Source: an uncultured Acidobacteriota bacterium
GTDB taxonomy: Bacteria > Acidobacteriota > Blastocatellia > RBC074
Assembly: GCA_963796275.1 (NCBI GenBank)
Contig: CAWCKY010000006.1
Span: forward strand, 2,176,001 to 2,240,000
Reading direction: 5' to 3'
Length of the DNA stretch: 64,000 nucleotides
The notes beneath the pieces were generated by a model, which was given only the letters and a program-made list of their open reading frames with translations, was not told the DNA's origin and did no database searches. The position numbers and the translations under genes are program-made. This document shows, in pieces, positions 22,214 through 32,161 of this stretch. Every line of letters begins with the position of its first letter. The stretch's first letter is position 1.

Positions 22214-22996
22214 ATGCATAGGGGACGATCGATCATAGTGCTTTGCTTTCTAACTTTTCTATTCGGTATTGCAAATGTGGAGGGTTCCACCGCTGCTCAG
22301 GACCCACCACCACCACCTCCACCTCCACCTCCACAGAAGATGCCTGCCCCAATGGTAGAGGATGACACCGGGTTTGAATCTATTTTCGATGGCAAGACAT
22401 TGAAGGATTGGGATGGTGATCCGACGTACTGGTCGGTTGAAAACGGCAGCCTCGTGGGTGTGACGAAGCCGGAGACGCTTCCTAAATACAATCGGTTTAT
22501 CATCTGGCGTGGCGGTGAAACCGCCGATTTTGAATTGAAGTTGGAGTATAGAATCAATGCTCAGGGGAACAGCGGAATCAACTACCGCAGTACCGAACTG
22601 CCGGGCCACAAATGGGTGATGCGCGGCTATCAGGCCGACATTGATGGGCAGAACAGATACACGGGCCAGAACTATGAGGAGCGCGGACGCACGTTTCTCG
22701 CTCTGCGAGGCCAGTATTCTTACATCGGAGAAGGAAAAACACCGACGATGATGGCATCAGTCGGAGATCGCGAGCAGTTGAAAGAGTATGTCAAGGAAGA
22801 TTGGAACAGCTATCACCTCATAATCCGAGGGAATTTGATGATCCATATTTTAAACGGACATGTGATGTCGGTCGTGCTCGATGACGATGTCCGGAACCGG
22901 CAGATGAGTGGAAAACTGGGAATGCAGGTCCACGTCGGGCCTCCGATGAAAGTGGAGTTCCGCAACATTCGGATCAAAAGATTAACAAGCCATTGA
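22214..22996 (+). CDS. DUF1080 (3-keto-disaccharide hydrolase-like) exported protein with poly-Pro linker
   Basis: IFDGKTL..W, DFEL, NSGINYR, GYQADI, WN.Y and QVH...FRNI. Confidence 0.88.
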   Translation: MHRGRSIIVLCFLTFLFGIANVEGSTAAQDPPPPPPPPPPQKMPAPMVEDDTGFESIFDGKTLKDWDGDPTYWSVENGSLVGVTKPETLPKYNRFIIWRGGETADFELKLEYRINAQGNSGINYRSTELPGHKWVMRGYQADIDGQNRYTGQNYEERGRTFLALRGQYSYIGEGKTPTMMASVGDREQLKEYVKEDWNSYHLIIRGNLMIHILNGHVMSVVLDDDVRNRQMSGKLGMQVHVGPPMKVEFRNIRIKRLTSH

Positions 22997-23043
22997 TTTC
23001 GGATGATCCGATCATCGGCATCAGTTAAGGAGAACAACCGGCA

Positions 23044-23820
23044 ATGACTACAAAGAAAAATGATCCGGAGACCGGGATGGCGAGGCGGCAGTTGACGCAC
23101 GGCGATTTGCTGGAACTGCGCCGCTGGAATACTCCGACGGTCTATAACGGATGGGAACAGATAACAAAACATGATGCGGGGCGCGATGGTTTCAATCTCG
23201 AAGAGACCGTTGACTTCATGCCACAGATGGGCGCGATGGTCGGCTATGCGGTGACCGTCGTTTGCCAGCCGGGTAATCCCGCGCATCGGAAAAATAACCC
23301 TGATGGATGGAACGAGTATCGCCGGTATATGGCGAGCGTGCCAGGACCGAAGATCGTCGTCGTGCAGGATTTGGACAAGCCGCAATTTGTCGGTTCATTT
23401 TGGGGCGAGGTCAACGCAAACGCACATCATGCGCTGGGTTGCGTCGGGACGATTGTGGACGGATGCATACGCGACGTGGACGAGATGTGTTATGCCGGCT
23501 TCAAAGCCTTAGCCAGAAGATTGTGCATCGGCCATGCTTACTCGTGGCCAGTGCGATGGGGCTGCGAGGTGGAGGTCTTCGGGCGACAGGTGAAACCGGG
23601 ACAATTGATCCACGCCGACAAGCACGGTTTCATGGTTATCCCCGAGGAAGACGAAGCGCTTCTGCTCGAAGCGACGCGCTTTATGGATGCCAATGAATGC
23701 CAGACGGTGATTGCGGCCGCGCGTGAATCAGCCGGGCTGCCGCTCGAAGAGGTCGTGGCGCGCCTCGACGGAGCGAAACGCGAGTTCATCGCGAATATCA
23801 AGGCGAAATTTGCCAAGTGA
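23044..23820 (+). CDS. RraA-family / HMG-CHA aldolase-like protein
   Basis: GYAVT, WGEVNA, DGCIRD and IHADKHG. Confidence 0.85.
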   Translation: MTTKKNDPETGMARRQLTHGDLLELRRWNTPTVYNGWEQITKHDAGRDGFNLEETVDFMPQMGAMVGYAVTVVCQPGNPAHRKNNPDGWNEYRRYMASVPGPKIVVVQDLDKPQFVGSFWGEVNANAHHALGCVGTIVDGCIRDVDEMCYAGFKALARRLCIGHAYSWPVRWGCEVEVFGRQVKPGQLIHADKHGFMVIPEEDEALLLEATRFMDANECQTVIAAARESAGLPLEEVVARLDGAKREFIANIKAKFAK

Positions 23821-23862
23821 TGTGGGGTAAATCGCGAATAGATAATGCTTTCAGGTTAACTC

Positions 23863-24466
23863 TGACCGCCTGAAGGCGGAAAGCGGAACAGATCGCGTTT
23901 GGAGTTCCGCGTTTACGCGGTCTTTATCTTCCGGATGATTTCCTGACGTGCCTGAAGCGGAAAGCGGAACAGATCGCGTTTGGAGTTCCGCGTTTACGCG
24001 GTCTTTATTTATCCGGATGATTCCTGACCGCCCTGAAGGCGGAAAGCGGAACAGATCGCGTTTGGAGTTCCGCGTTTACGCGGTCTTTATCTTCCGGATG
24101 ATTTCCTGACGTGCCTGAAGCGGAAAGCGGAACAGATCGCGTTTGGAGTTCCGCGTTTACGCGGTCTTTTTCTTTTCGCACGATATCCCGACCGCCTGAA
24201 GGCGGAACTCCGAACATCGCGTTTGGAGTTCCGCGTTTACGCGGTCTTTATTTATCCGGATGATTCCTGACCGCCTGAAGGCGGAACTCCGAACATCGCG
24301 TTTGGAGTTCCGCGTTTACGCGGTCTTTATTTATCCGGATAATTCCTGACCGCCTGAAGGCGGAACTCCGAACATCGCGTTTGGAGTTCCGCGTTTACGC
24401 GGTCTTTATCATTTCGGAATATTTCCTGACCGCCTGAAGGCGGAACTCCGAACTTCGCGTTTGGAA
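23863..24466. repeat. Tandem array of about 7 REPIN units (~80 bp each)
   Basis: Seven copies of GGAGTTCCGCGTTTACGCGGTC, each followed by a ~20-bp linker and a (sometimes degenerate) inverted GACCGCCTGAAGGCGGAACTCC. Confidence 0.9.
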
Positions 24467-24836
24467 TTGATGCAATGCGGCTTGTTGCCTCATCAAAAAT
24501 CTCTCTGAAAATTATATTGCAAGTTCGAGAATGCGGGCTTACAATGAAAATCCGCAGACGAGATTACAGTCGATCTCCCCATAAGTAATCAGCTCTGTCA
24601 ATACTCCCTTATTAACTCCTATAGCACTGCCTTGTGTTCGACCTGGAAGTGCCCGAAAAATACCTCCTTTGTTCACTCCCGATACTGGCAAAGCTACTCC
24701 AATGCTCTGCCTGTCTAACAATTGACCGGCTAGGTTAGGCCGACGAGTTTCTTCTCTGCTTGGTACCGCGCATCAAGGCAGAAGTATCTGCACGGGTGAT
24801 GTGGGCTATCGGCAGCAATAGTAATGGAGTGAATAC

Positions 24837-25892
24837 ATGGCCACAAAATCATCACGTCTTAGCGAACGGCCACCGGATGTGAGAGAGGTCCATATAGTCT
24901 GGCTCACTGCCGGTCTGGGATGCGACGGCGACACGATCTCGATCACTGCCGCCGAGCAGCCCAGCATTGAAGACCTCCTGCTGGGGGCGATTCCGGGAAT
25001 TCCAAAGGTCCATCTGCATAATCCGGTTCTCGCGCCGGAGGTAGGCGACGATTTTATGGATTATTTCTATCAGGCCGAACGAGGCGAGATCGATCCATTC
25101 GTCTTCGTCGTTGAGGGGTCGATTCCAAACGAACGGATCAAGGATGAAGGATATTGGGCGGCGCAGGGGACTGATCCCGTAACGGGCCAACCGATCACTA
25201 CGTGCGAATGGATCGATCGCCTGGCGCCGAAAGCGTGGGCGGTCGTCGCCGCCGGAACCTGCGCGACATACGGCGGGATTCATGCGATGGCGGGGAACCC
25301 GACAGGCTGCATGGGGTTGGCCGATTATCTCGGCTGGGGCTTCCGCTCGCAGGCCGGCATTCCCGTGGTAAACGTGCCGGGTTGCCCGGTGCAACCCGAT
25401 AATTTTATGGAGACGGTTCTCTACCTCCTCTATCAGGCAGCGGGGCTCTCGCCCATGATTCCGCTCGATGACCAACTGCGCCCGACATGGCTATTCGCGA
25501 AGACGGTACATGAAGGCTGCGATCGCGCGGGCTACTACGAGCAGGGCGATTTCGCTCTCGAATATGGATCGCCCAAGTGTCTGGTCAAGATCGGCTGTTG
25601 GGGGCCCGTCGTTAACTGCAACGTGACCAAGCGCGGGTGGATGCGGGGCGCCGGAGGTTGTCCGAATGTGGGCGGCATCTGCATCGGTTGCACGATGCCC
25701 GGGTTCCCAGACAAGTTCATGCCGTTTATGGATGAGCCGCCGGGCGCCGCCGTTTCAACAGGCGCCGTGGGGTTTTATGGCGGAGCTATACGCGCTCTGC
25801 GCAGCATTACCAACTCGACTGTCAACAAGGAACCGAAGTGGCGGCATCCGGGAACGCACCTCGAGACCGGCTATCGGCCGATCTCTTTCTGA
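24837..25892 (+). CDS. hhyS: Group 1h [NiFe]-hydrogenase small subunit
   Basis: LGCDGD (Asp-ligated proximal cluster pattern), GTCATYGG, PGCP, HEGCDR, GCWGP, CPNVGGICIGC and C-terminal NKEPKWRH. No Tat leader. Confidence 0.93.
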   Translation: MATKSSRLSERPPDVREVHIVWLTAGLGCDGDTISITAAEQPSIEDLLLGAIPGIPKVHLHNPVLAPEVGDDFMDYFYQAERGEIDPFVFVVEGSIPNERIKDEGYWAAQGTDPVTGQPITTCEWIDRLAPKAWAVVAAGTCATYGGIHAMAGNPTGCMGLADYLGWGFRSQAGIPVVNVPGCPVQPDNFMETVLYLLYQAAGLSPMIPLDDQLRPTWLFAKTVHEGCDRAGYYEQGDFALEYGSPKCLVKIGCWGPVVNCNVTKRGWMRGAGGCPNVGGICIGCTMPGFPDKFMPFMDEPPGAAVSTGAVGFYGGAIRALRSITNSTVNKEPKWRHPGTHLETGYRPISF

Positions 25893-25914
25893 AGTGCAAG
25901 GAGGTAATCAGATA

Positions 25915-27711
25915 ATGGCTACTGTAGGTCAGATGAAGAAGAACGTCCTGCCGGAGACTCCGGGACTGGTAGAGATGAACTGGGATCCGATCACGCGAAT
26001 CGTCGGAAGCCTCGGCATCTTCACCAAGATAGACTTCAAAAATCGAACCGTTGCCGAGTGCTATAGCACATCGTCGATCTTTCGCGGATATAGCATCTTT
26101 ATGAAGGGCAAGGATCCACGCGACGCGCATTTCATCACCAGTCGGATCTGCGGCATCTGCGGCGACAACCATGCGACCTGTGCTACCTACGCACAGAACA
26201 TGGCCTTCGGCGTGCGGCCCCCAGCGCTCGGAGAATGGATCATCAATCTCGGCGAAGCGGCGGAGTACATGTTCGACCATAATATCTTTCAAGATAATCT
26301 CGTCGGCGTGGATTTCTGCGAGCAGATCGTCAAGGAGACCAATCCGAGCGTCTGGGAGAAAGCGCAGAAGAAGGAGGCCCGGGGCGCGAAGCTGCACGGC
26401 TATCGGACTATTGCCGACATCATGACGGCGCTCAACCCGTTCAGCGGTGAATTCTACCGCGAGGCGTTGGCGATGAGCCGACTGACGCGCGAGATGTTCT
26501 GCTTGATGGAAGGACGCCACGTTCATCCTTCGACGCTCTATCCGGGCGGTATCGGCACGGTGCCGACGATTCAGGTCTTCACCGATTACCTCGTTCGCCT
26601 GATGAAGTACGTGGAGTTCATGAAGAAGGTCGTGCCGCTGCACGATGACCTGTTCGACTTCTTCTACGAAGCACTCCCCGGTTACGAGAAGGTCGGCGAA
26701 CGGCGCATCTTGCTCGGTTGCTGGGGGGCGTTCAATGATCCCGAGGTCTGCGATTACAGCTATCGGAACATGGATGAGTGGGGACGCGCGATGTTCGTAT
26801 CGCCGAGCGTCATTGTGGACGGAAAGGTCATCACCAATAACCTCGTCGATATCAACCTCGGCATCCGAATACTGCTCGGAACATCGTATTACGAAGACTG
26901 GCAGAACGAAGAGCGGTTCGTCACGCTCGACCCGCTGGGAAATGCGGTAGATCAGAGACATCCCTGGAATCAGACGACGATTCCGAAGCCGCAGAAACGG
27001 GACTTCACGGGAAATTACACGTGGGTCATGTCTCCGCGCTGGTACGACTGGCGAACGGGCGAATACCTCGCGCTCGACACTGGCGGCGGGCCGATCGCGC
27101 GCCTGTGGGCGACAGCGCTCAACAATCTGGTGGACATCGGCTATGTCAAAGCCACCGGCCATAGCGTCAAAATCTATCTCCCCAAGACGGCGCTGCTGCC
27201 CGAAACCGAATACGAATGGAAGATCCCCAAATGGTCGAACGCTATCGAGCGCGACCGCGCCAGAACGTACTTTCAGGCCTACGCCGCTGCCTGCGCGCTC
27301 TACTTTGTAGAACAGGCGCTCGCGGAAGTACGGGCCGGTCGTACGGCCACCTGGTCAGAATTTAAAGTGCCGCGCGATGCGATCGGCTGCGGATTCCATG
27401 AAGCCGTGCGCGGCGTGCTTTCACACCATGTCGTCATCCGCGACGGCAAGATCGCGAACTACCACCCCTATCCGCCGACCCCCTGGAACGCTAGCCCGCG
27501 TGACATCTATGGGACGCCGGGGCCATATGAGGACGCCGTGCAGGGCACGCCGATCTTCGAAGAGAACCCACCCGAAAAGTTTAAGGGCATTGACATCATG
27601 CGCGCCGTCCGCAGCTTCGACCCATGCCTGCCTTGCGGTGTTCATATGTATCTCGGCAACGGGCGGGTCTTGGAGACGAGGCACTCGCCAATGTTCGGCG
27701 CAATGAAGTAA
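25915..27711 (+). CDS. hhyL: Group 1h [NiFe]-hydrogenase large subunit
   Basis: L1 TSRICGICGDNH and L2 SFDPCLPCGVH. ATG at 25915 follows AGGAGG. Confidence 0.95.
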   Translation: MATVGQMKKNVLPETPGLVEMNWDPITRIVGSLGIFTKIDFKNRTVAECYSTSSIFRGYSIFMKGKDPRDAHFITSRICGICGDNHATCATYAQNMAFGVRPPALGEWIINLGEAAEYMFDHNIFQDNLVGVDFCEQIVKETNPSVWEKAQKKEARGAKLHGYRTIADIMTALNPFSGEFYREALAMSRLTREMFCLMEGRHVHPSTLYPGGIGTVPTIQVFTDYLVRLMKYVEFMKKVVPLHDDLFDFFYEALPGYEKVGERRILLGCWGAFNDPEVCDYSYRNMDEWGRAMFVSPSVIVDGKVITNNLVDINLGIRILLGTSYYEDWQNEERFVTLDPLGNAVDQRHPWNQTTIPKPQKRDFTGNYTWVMSPRWYDWRTGEYLALDTGGGPIARLWATALNNLVDIGYVKATGHSVKIYLPKTALLPETEYEWKIPKWSNAIERDRARTYFQAYAAACALYFVEQALAEVRAGRTATWSEFKVPRDAIGCGFHEAVRGVLSHHVVIRDGKIANYHPYPPTPWNASPRDIYGTPGPYEDAVQGTPIFEENPPEKFKGIDIMRAVRSFDPCLPCGVHMYLGNGRVLETRHSPMFGAMK

Positions 27712-27737
27712 AGGAGAAGATCAGACGGAGCGCGATC

Positions 27738-28310
27738 ATGGTGGATTTTGACCGGGGTGATATACAGCGGCGGTTGCAACGGATCGAAGAGCTGGTACGC
27801 ACGCTTGAATCGGTCGAAGCTTCTAATGCCTCGAGCGTGCGTTCCAGCGCTCTGGAACTGATGCGGTCTTTAATGGAGTTGCATGGCGCGGGGATCGAGC
27901 GGATGATGGAAATTGCCTTCGACTCAGGCGCAGGCGGAGGCGAGATCATTGACCGGCTTGCCGGGGATGATCTGGTGGCGAAGCTCTTGCTGCTCTATGA
28001 CCTGCACCCTCACGGGATGGAGACACGGGCGAGCCGAGCGCTCGAGGGCGTGCGCCCGCACCTGAAGTCGCACGGAGGTAACGTCGAACTGCTGGGCGTG
28101 GTAGACGGGGTTATCAGGTTGCGCCTGCAAGGTAACTGTAACGGGTGTCCGTCATCATCTGAGACATTGCGGCGACTGATCGAGCAGGCGATTTATGAAG
28201 CCGCCCCAGATGCGCGGGCGATCGAGGTCGAAAGCGTCGCCGACGGCGCGGGGAAGCAGCTTGCGGACGGGTTGGTGCAATTGCGAGGGCCGTTGCCCCC
28301 AAGTCCCTAG
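27738..28310 (+). CDS. NifU-like Fe-S protein (HhyE-like)
   Basis: LMELHGAG, VRPHLKSHGGNVEL and LQGNCNGCPSS. Lies directly after hhyL. Confidence 0.85.
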   Translation: MVDFDRGDIQRRLQRIEELVRTLESVEASNASSVRSSALELMRSLMELHGAGIERMMEIAFDSGAGGGEIIDRLAGDDLVAKLLLLYDLHPHGMETRASRALEGVRPHLKSHGGNVELLGVVDGVIRLRLQGNCNGCPSSSETLRRLIEQAIYEAAPDARAIEVESVADGAGKQLADGLVQLRGPLPPSP

Positions 28311-28609
28311 GCGTCCAATGCTATTTGACAAATTTTGACACGATGAAAACCCTGACGGGGCGCAATTACATTTCCCAGAAGGAGGCGAAGCGGAGCCGGT
28401 GGGATGCGTCACCAGGAATTATCAGGTTCTGAAAGTGCGTGTGAGAGACCGATTTAAGCGCTTTACAGGATTTGACGCCCCGCTTATGCAACGGGAGCTT
28501 CGCTTCGCTCTCCCCTGGTTTTAATTTCGCTCCCCGTTGTAGCTCAGGGTCGCAGCATCATATCTCTCATATCAAACATTTATGTCTTACATAAAAAAGG
28601 AGCACTACT

Positions 28610-28834
28610 ATGGCTAAACAACAACCGGCAACTGAAAAGGTAGACCATTTGCTGGGGACAGACAGGGGCGAAGAACAGGTTATCAGGCATGGCAGGGAAG
28701 CTGGCCGTATCCGCGAAGGCGGCAGTGGCGCAAACCGGCCGATCGGAAAGTCCACGCCGCGCGATGTGACCAGCATCAACCCGGAGGATCGCAGGCCAAT
28801 AGACCCGGAAAGTCCATTTTTGATTCCGGCCTGA
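28610..28834 (+). CDS. Small (74 aa) hydrophilic hydrogenase-cluster protein
   Basis: AAAAGGAG RBS. C-terminal STPRDVTSINPEDRRPIDPESP resembles small proteins of group 1h clusters (recalled, not searched). Confidence 0.7.
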   Translation: MAKQQPATEKVDHLLGTDRGEEQVIRHGREAGRIREGGSGANRPIGKSTPRDVTSINPEDRRPIDPESPFLIPA

Positions 28835-28862
28835 ACTGTAGACCAGCATAATGGAACCAGTA

Positions 28863-29492
28863 ATGAGCGACAACCCGCTGTCGACACTGCGCCGGATCGC
28901 TCGCGGGCGTGAACGCGCGCGGGACGAGCTGTGCGAGCTCTGCAGCGCAGTTATATCCAACGCGCACCAACACCTGATCGAGCCGGAAAATCGAAAACTG
29001 GTCTGTGTTTGCGACGCATGCGCGATCCTTTTCGGCAATCAGGGCGAGACGAAATATCGCCGCGTACCCCGGCGGACGCGCTTATTGCTCGATTTTCGTC
29101 TGAGCGACATCCAGTGGCAGAACCTGCAGATCCCGATACGACTGGCATTCATCTTTCACGACAGCGCGGCCCACCAATCCATCGCTCTATATCCAAGCCC
29201 GGCCGGACCAACCGAATCATGGCTCGAAGCGGCCGCGTGGGGTGAAATCGCAGAGCAGAATCCGTCGTTGCAAAAGATGGAGCCGGACGTTGAAGCCCTT
29301 CTCATCAATAGAATGGGGAGCGCAGGCGAATACTATATCGCGCCGATTGACGAGTGCTTCCGGCTGACCGGACTATTGCGGGCGCACTGGAGCGGACTGT
29401 CGGGAGGGGCAAAGGTATGGGAAGAGGTCGCGCGTTTCTTCGTCGAATTGCAAAAACAGGCTATTGTGTGGGAGGAGGAGTCCTGTGCCTGA
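28863..29492 (+). CDS. Group 1h accessory protein (DUF5947-like, Cys-rich N-terminus)
   Basis: CELC...HQHL...CVCDAC, YPSPAGPTES, PDVEALL, PIDEC and W.GLSGG. Confidence 0.82.
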   Translation: MSDNPLSTLRRIARGRERARDELCELCSAVISNAHQHLIEPENRKLVCVCDACAILFGNQGETKYRRVPRRTRLLLDFRLSDIQWQNLQIPIRLAFIFHDSAAHQSIALYPSPAGPTESWLEAAAWGEIAEQNPSLQKMEPDVEALLINRMGSAGEYYIAPIDECFRLTGLLRAHWSGLSGGAKVWEEVARFFVELQKQAIVWEEESCA

Positions 29493-30168
29493 TCTCGATT
29501 TTCAGATAGATACAGTTGAGCCGCTGCGCAACGCAGCAGCGCCGACGTTGGTCTTCAAGCTTCAGGCGACTAACGCTACGGCGGAGACGATTCATACCGT
29601 GCTCTTGAGCTGCCAGATCATGCTCGAAGTGACGCGGCGACGTTACAACGAAGACGAGCGGGAAAAATTGCTCGATCTGTTCGGCCAACCGGAACTGTGG
29701 GACAGGTCGTTGCGGAGCCTGTTCTGGACGAATGTCGGCGTCACGGTCCCTACCTTCACCAATCGTACGATTGTTAATATGAACGTTCCCTGTACCTTTG
29801 ACGTCAATGTCGCCGCGACCAAGTATTTCTCCGGTCTGGGGGAAGGTGACGTCCCTCTGCTGCTGCTCTTCAGCGGAACGATATTTTACGCGGGAGAAAA
29901 CCGCGCATTGCAGGTAACGCAGCTCCCCTGGGAGAAGGAAGCATTCTTTCGGTTGCCGGTGCGCGTTTGGCGGGAGATGATAGATATCTATTACCCGAAC
30001 AGCGTCTGGCTGAATTTGCGCCGCGATGTATTCGAACGGCTCAACCGTTACAAGACCCGGCGCGGCATCCCGACATTCGAGCAAGCTCTCGAACGGGTAA
30101 TTCCGGATGTCAATCTTGAAAACGGGCGCCCTCCGACAAAGGACTCTGGAGGAGAGGATATTCATTGA
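29485..30168 (+). CDS. Group 1h accessory protein (DUF6084-like)
   Basis: AAAPTLVF, CQIMLE..RRRY, DLFG, PCTFD, KYF, LFSGTIFY and YYPN. GTG start follows GGAGGAGG. Confidence 0.82.
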   Translation: MPDLDFQIDTVEPLRNAAAPTLVFKLQATNATAETIHTVLLSCQIMLEVTRRRYNEDEREKLLDLFGQPELWDRSLRSLFWTNVGVTVPTFTNRTIVNMNVPCTFDVNVAATKYFSGLGEGDVPLLLLFSGTIFYAGENRALQVTQLPWEKEAFFRLPVRVWREMIDIYYPNSVWLNLRRDVFERLNRYKTRRGIPTFEQALERVIPDVNLENGRPPTKDSGGEDIH

Positions 30169-31148
30169 TGAACTTCGAACTCGTGGAAAGCATAGCCCGA
30201 GCCGTCCTTTACGAGGGCTATCTGCTCTACCCGTACCGCCCGTCTGCTGTCAAGAATCGCCAGAGGTTCAACTTCGGCGTGGTATATCCACGGAGCTACG
30301 GTCTGGTGAACAGCGAGCCATGGTGGATGCAGACCGAGTGCCTGGTGACAGGAACCGAACAAACGCGTATTGAAGCGCGCGTGCGCTTCCTGCATCTGCT
30401 GTCGCGCGAAAAAGCCGGCGACCGGTCGAGTTGGCAGGAGGCAGTCGAGCGTGATGTGATCGCGCCTGAGATTTTTTTGAGCGAGCGTGATAGTCCGCGC
30501 GAACGAGTTCGGTACGAGTTTCCGCGTGAGGTGAAGAACGACGAAGGCGTCGTGCGCCGGCAGGAACTGGTCGCTGTCATGCTTGAAATCGCGCAGGAAC
30601 CGGTGGCCGAGCGGCTTTTTCGGCTCACGGTGCGCATCATGAATGTGACCCCGTTTGACGCGGCATCGCTGAACGGATCGGGAGGCGATGATGAAAAGGC
30701 TCGCAATGAAGCGCGCGCTGAGATGATGCTGCGTGCGCTCATCTCCACCCATACGATACTGAGCGTTCAAGACGGCGAGTTTATCTCGCTCCTCGATCCC
30801 CCCGGCGAATGGCGTGAAGCCGCCGGCGCTTGCCGCAACATCGGAACATACCCGGTGCTGGTCGGGGAGGAGGGCGTTCGTGATTGTCTGCTCTCATCGC
30901 CGATCATCCTGTACGACTATCCGCAGATTGCACCAGAGAGCGCGGGCGAGCTCTTCGACGGCACGGAGATTGACGAAATCCTTACGCTCCGCATTCTCAC
31001 GTTGACCGACGAAGAGAAACGTGAGATGGGCGAGAGCGACGAAAGGGCGCGTCAGATTCTCGAACGCAGCGAGGCCCTGACCGACGAGCAACTCCTGAAA
31101 TTGCACGGCACGCTCCGAAGCCCGCATAGCGGGGGAAAACATGAATGA
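30168..31148 (+). CDS. Conserved group 1h accessory hypothetical protein
   Basis: AVLYEGYLLYPYR, MQTECL, WQEAVER, LSSPIILYDYPQIAPES and FDGTEIDEIL. Confidence 0.82.
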   Translation: MNFELVESIARAVLYEGYLLYPYRPSAVKNRQRFNFGVVYPRSYGLVNSEPWWMQTECLVTGTEQTRIEARVRFLHLLSREKAGDRSSWQEAVERDVIAPEIFLSERDSPRERVRYEFPREVKNDEGVVRRQELVAVMLEIAQEPVAERLFRLTVRIMNVTPFDAASLNGSGGDDEKARNEARAEMMLRALISTHTILSVQDGEFISLLDPPGEWREAAGACRNIGTYPVLVGEEGVRDCLLSSPIILYDYPQIAPESAGELFDGTEIDEILTLRILTLTDEEKREMGESDERARQILERSEALTDEQLLKLHGTLRSPHSGGKHE

Positions 31149-31467
31149 ATGGGAATGGCAACTGCTCGAAGACCACACGCCGCTCGATTCCATCACCGCC
31201 GGTGGTGTTGAACTGAGAGCCGGCGATCGCGTCCGTTTGCGGCCCCGCGCGGGCGGTGACGTGCTCGATCTCGCGCTGGCAGATCGAATGGCGACGATTG
31301 AAAGTATCGAGCAGGATTATGATGGAAACATTCACCTCGCGGTCGTGGTGGATGACGATCCGGGCAAGGACCTGGGCCTGCTCAGGCAGCCGGGACATCG
31401 GTTTTTCTTCACGCCGGAGGAGGTCGAGCCGCTTCAACTCGAGGAACTCGGACGGGAAAACCGATGA
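31141..31467 (+). CDS. Conserved group 1h accessory hypothetical protein
   Basis: GDRVRLRP, AVVVDDDPG and FFFTPEEVEPL. Overlaps both neighbours (translational coupling). Confidence 0.8.
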   Translation: MNEWEWQLLEDHTPLDSITAGGVELRAGDRVRLRPRAGGDVLDLALADRMATIESIEQDYDGNIHLAVVVDDDPGKDLGLLRQPGHRFFFTPEEVEPLQLEELGRENR

Positions 31468-31982
31468 CAGATGCACGGATTCTCATTGCCGGAATCGGCA
31501 ATATCTTTCTGGGTGATGACGGCTTCGGTTGCGAGGTGACCGCACGGCTGGCCCGTCGCGCGTGGCCGGAAGGCGTGCGCGTGGTGGATTTCGGAATCCG
31601 CGGGCTCGATCTGGCCTACGCTTTGTTGGACGGCTATGACGCGGCGATATTGATTGATGCTGCGCCCCGCGGCGGCGACCCCGGGACGGTATACATCATC
31701 GAACCTGACCCAGGAGAGTTGAACGAACAATGCGCACCGGAGACGAGTCTATCACTGGTCGACGCGCATGCGATGAGTCCGCTCAAGGTGCTTTCGCTGG
31801 TCAGGTCGATGGGCGGAGGATGCGACCGTGTTTTGGTGGTTGGCTGTGAACCATCGACGCTCGTCGACCTGGAAGAAGGGCAAATGGCCCTGAGCGAACC
31901 GGTCGCCGCGGCAGTCGATGAAGCGGTCGACGCCGTCGAATCGCTGGTGAGCAAGTTGTTGGCAGGTGGTAATAACAGGTAA
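31464..31982 (+). CDS. Hydrogenase maturation endopeptidase (HupD/HycI family)
   Basis: IAGIGNIFLGDDGFG, DFGIRG, IDA, DAH and VGCEP. Confidence 0.92.
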   Translation: MTDARILIAGIGNIFLGDDGFGCEVTARLARRAWPEGVRVVDFGIRGLDLAYALLDGYDAAILIDAAPRGGDPGTVYIIEPDPGELNEQCAPETSLSLVDAHAMSPLKVLSLVRSMGGGCDRVLVVGCEPSTLVDLEEGQMALSEPVAAAVDEAVDAVESLVSKLLAGGNNR

Positions 31983-32014
31983 CAGTAATTAAAAGGCATT
32001 TTTTAGGAGAAGAT

Positions 32015-32155
32015 ATGCGGAATCCATTTGCACGTAGAAGAAAGAATCACCCGCTTATGCGGGTTCTTGGTGGCGCGTTGATCGCGGTGGTCGGGGCGGG
32101 TGTAGTTAAGATGTTTCCGGACATCAGGCGATATCTCAAGATTAGCAGGATGTGA
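32015..32155 (+). CDS. 46-aa single-TM small protein (DUF6893-like), absent from the ORF track
   Basis: AGGAG RBS, then MRNPFARRRKNHPLMRVLGGALIAVVGAGVVKMFPDIRRYLKISRM. Fills the gap between the protease and DUF1440 genes. Confidence 0.75.
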   Translation: MRNPFARRRKNHPLMRVLGGALIAVVGAGVVKMFPDIRRYLKISRM

Positions 32156-32161
32156 GGCTCC

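Noticed and set aside
23863-24466. CRISPR array
   Set aside because: The 'spacers' are near-identical to each other, each unit is an inverted REP pair, single copies are dispersed elsewhere in the window, and no cas genes are present.
24775-24795. Sigma54 promoter for the first hhy operon (AGGCAGAAGTATCTGCA)
   Set aside because: GG-to-GC spacing is one base too long for a -24/-12 promoter.
25822-27162. Long antisense ORFs (446 aa here; also 17392-18570, 20251-21060, 12149-12904)
   Set aside because: They are shadows of GC-rich genes on the opposite strand, with no recognisable motifs.
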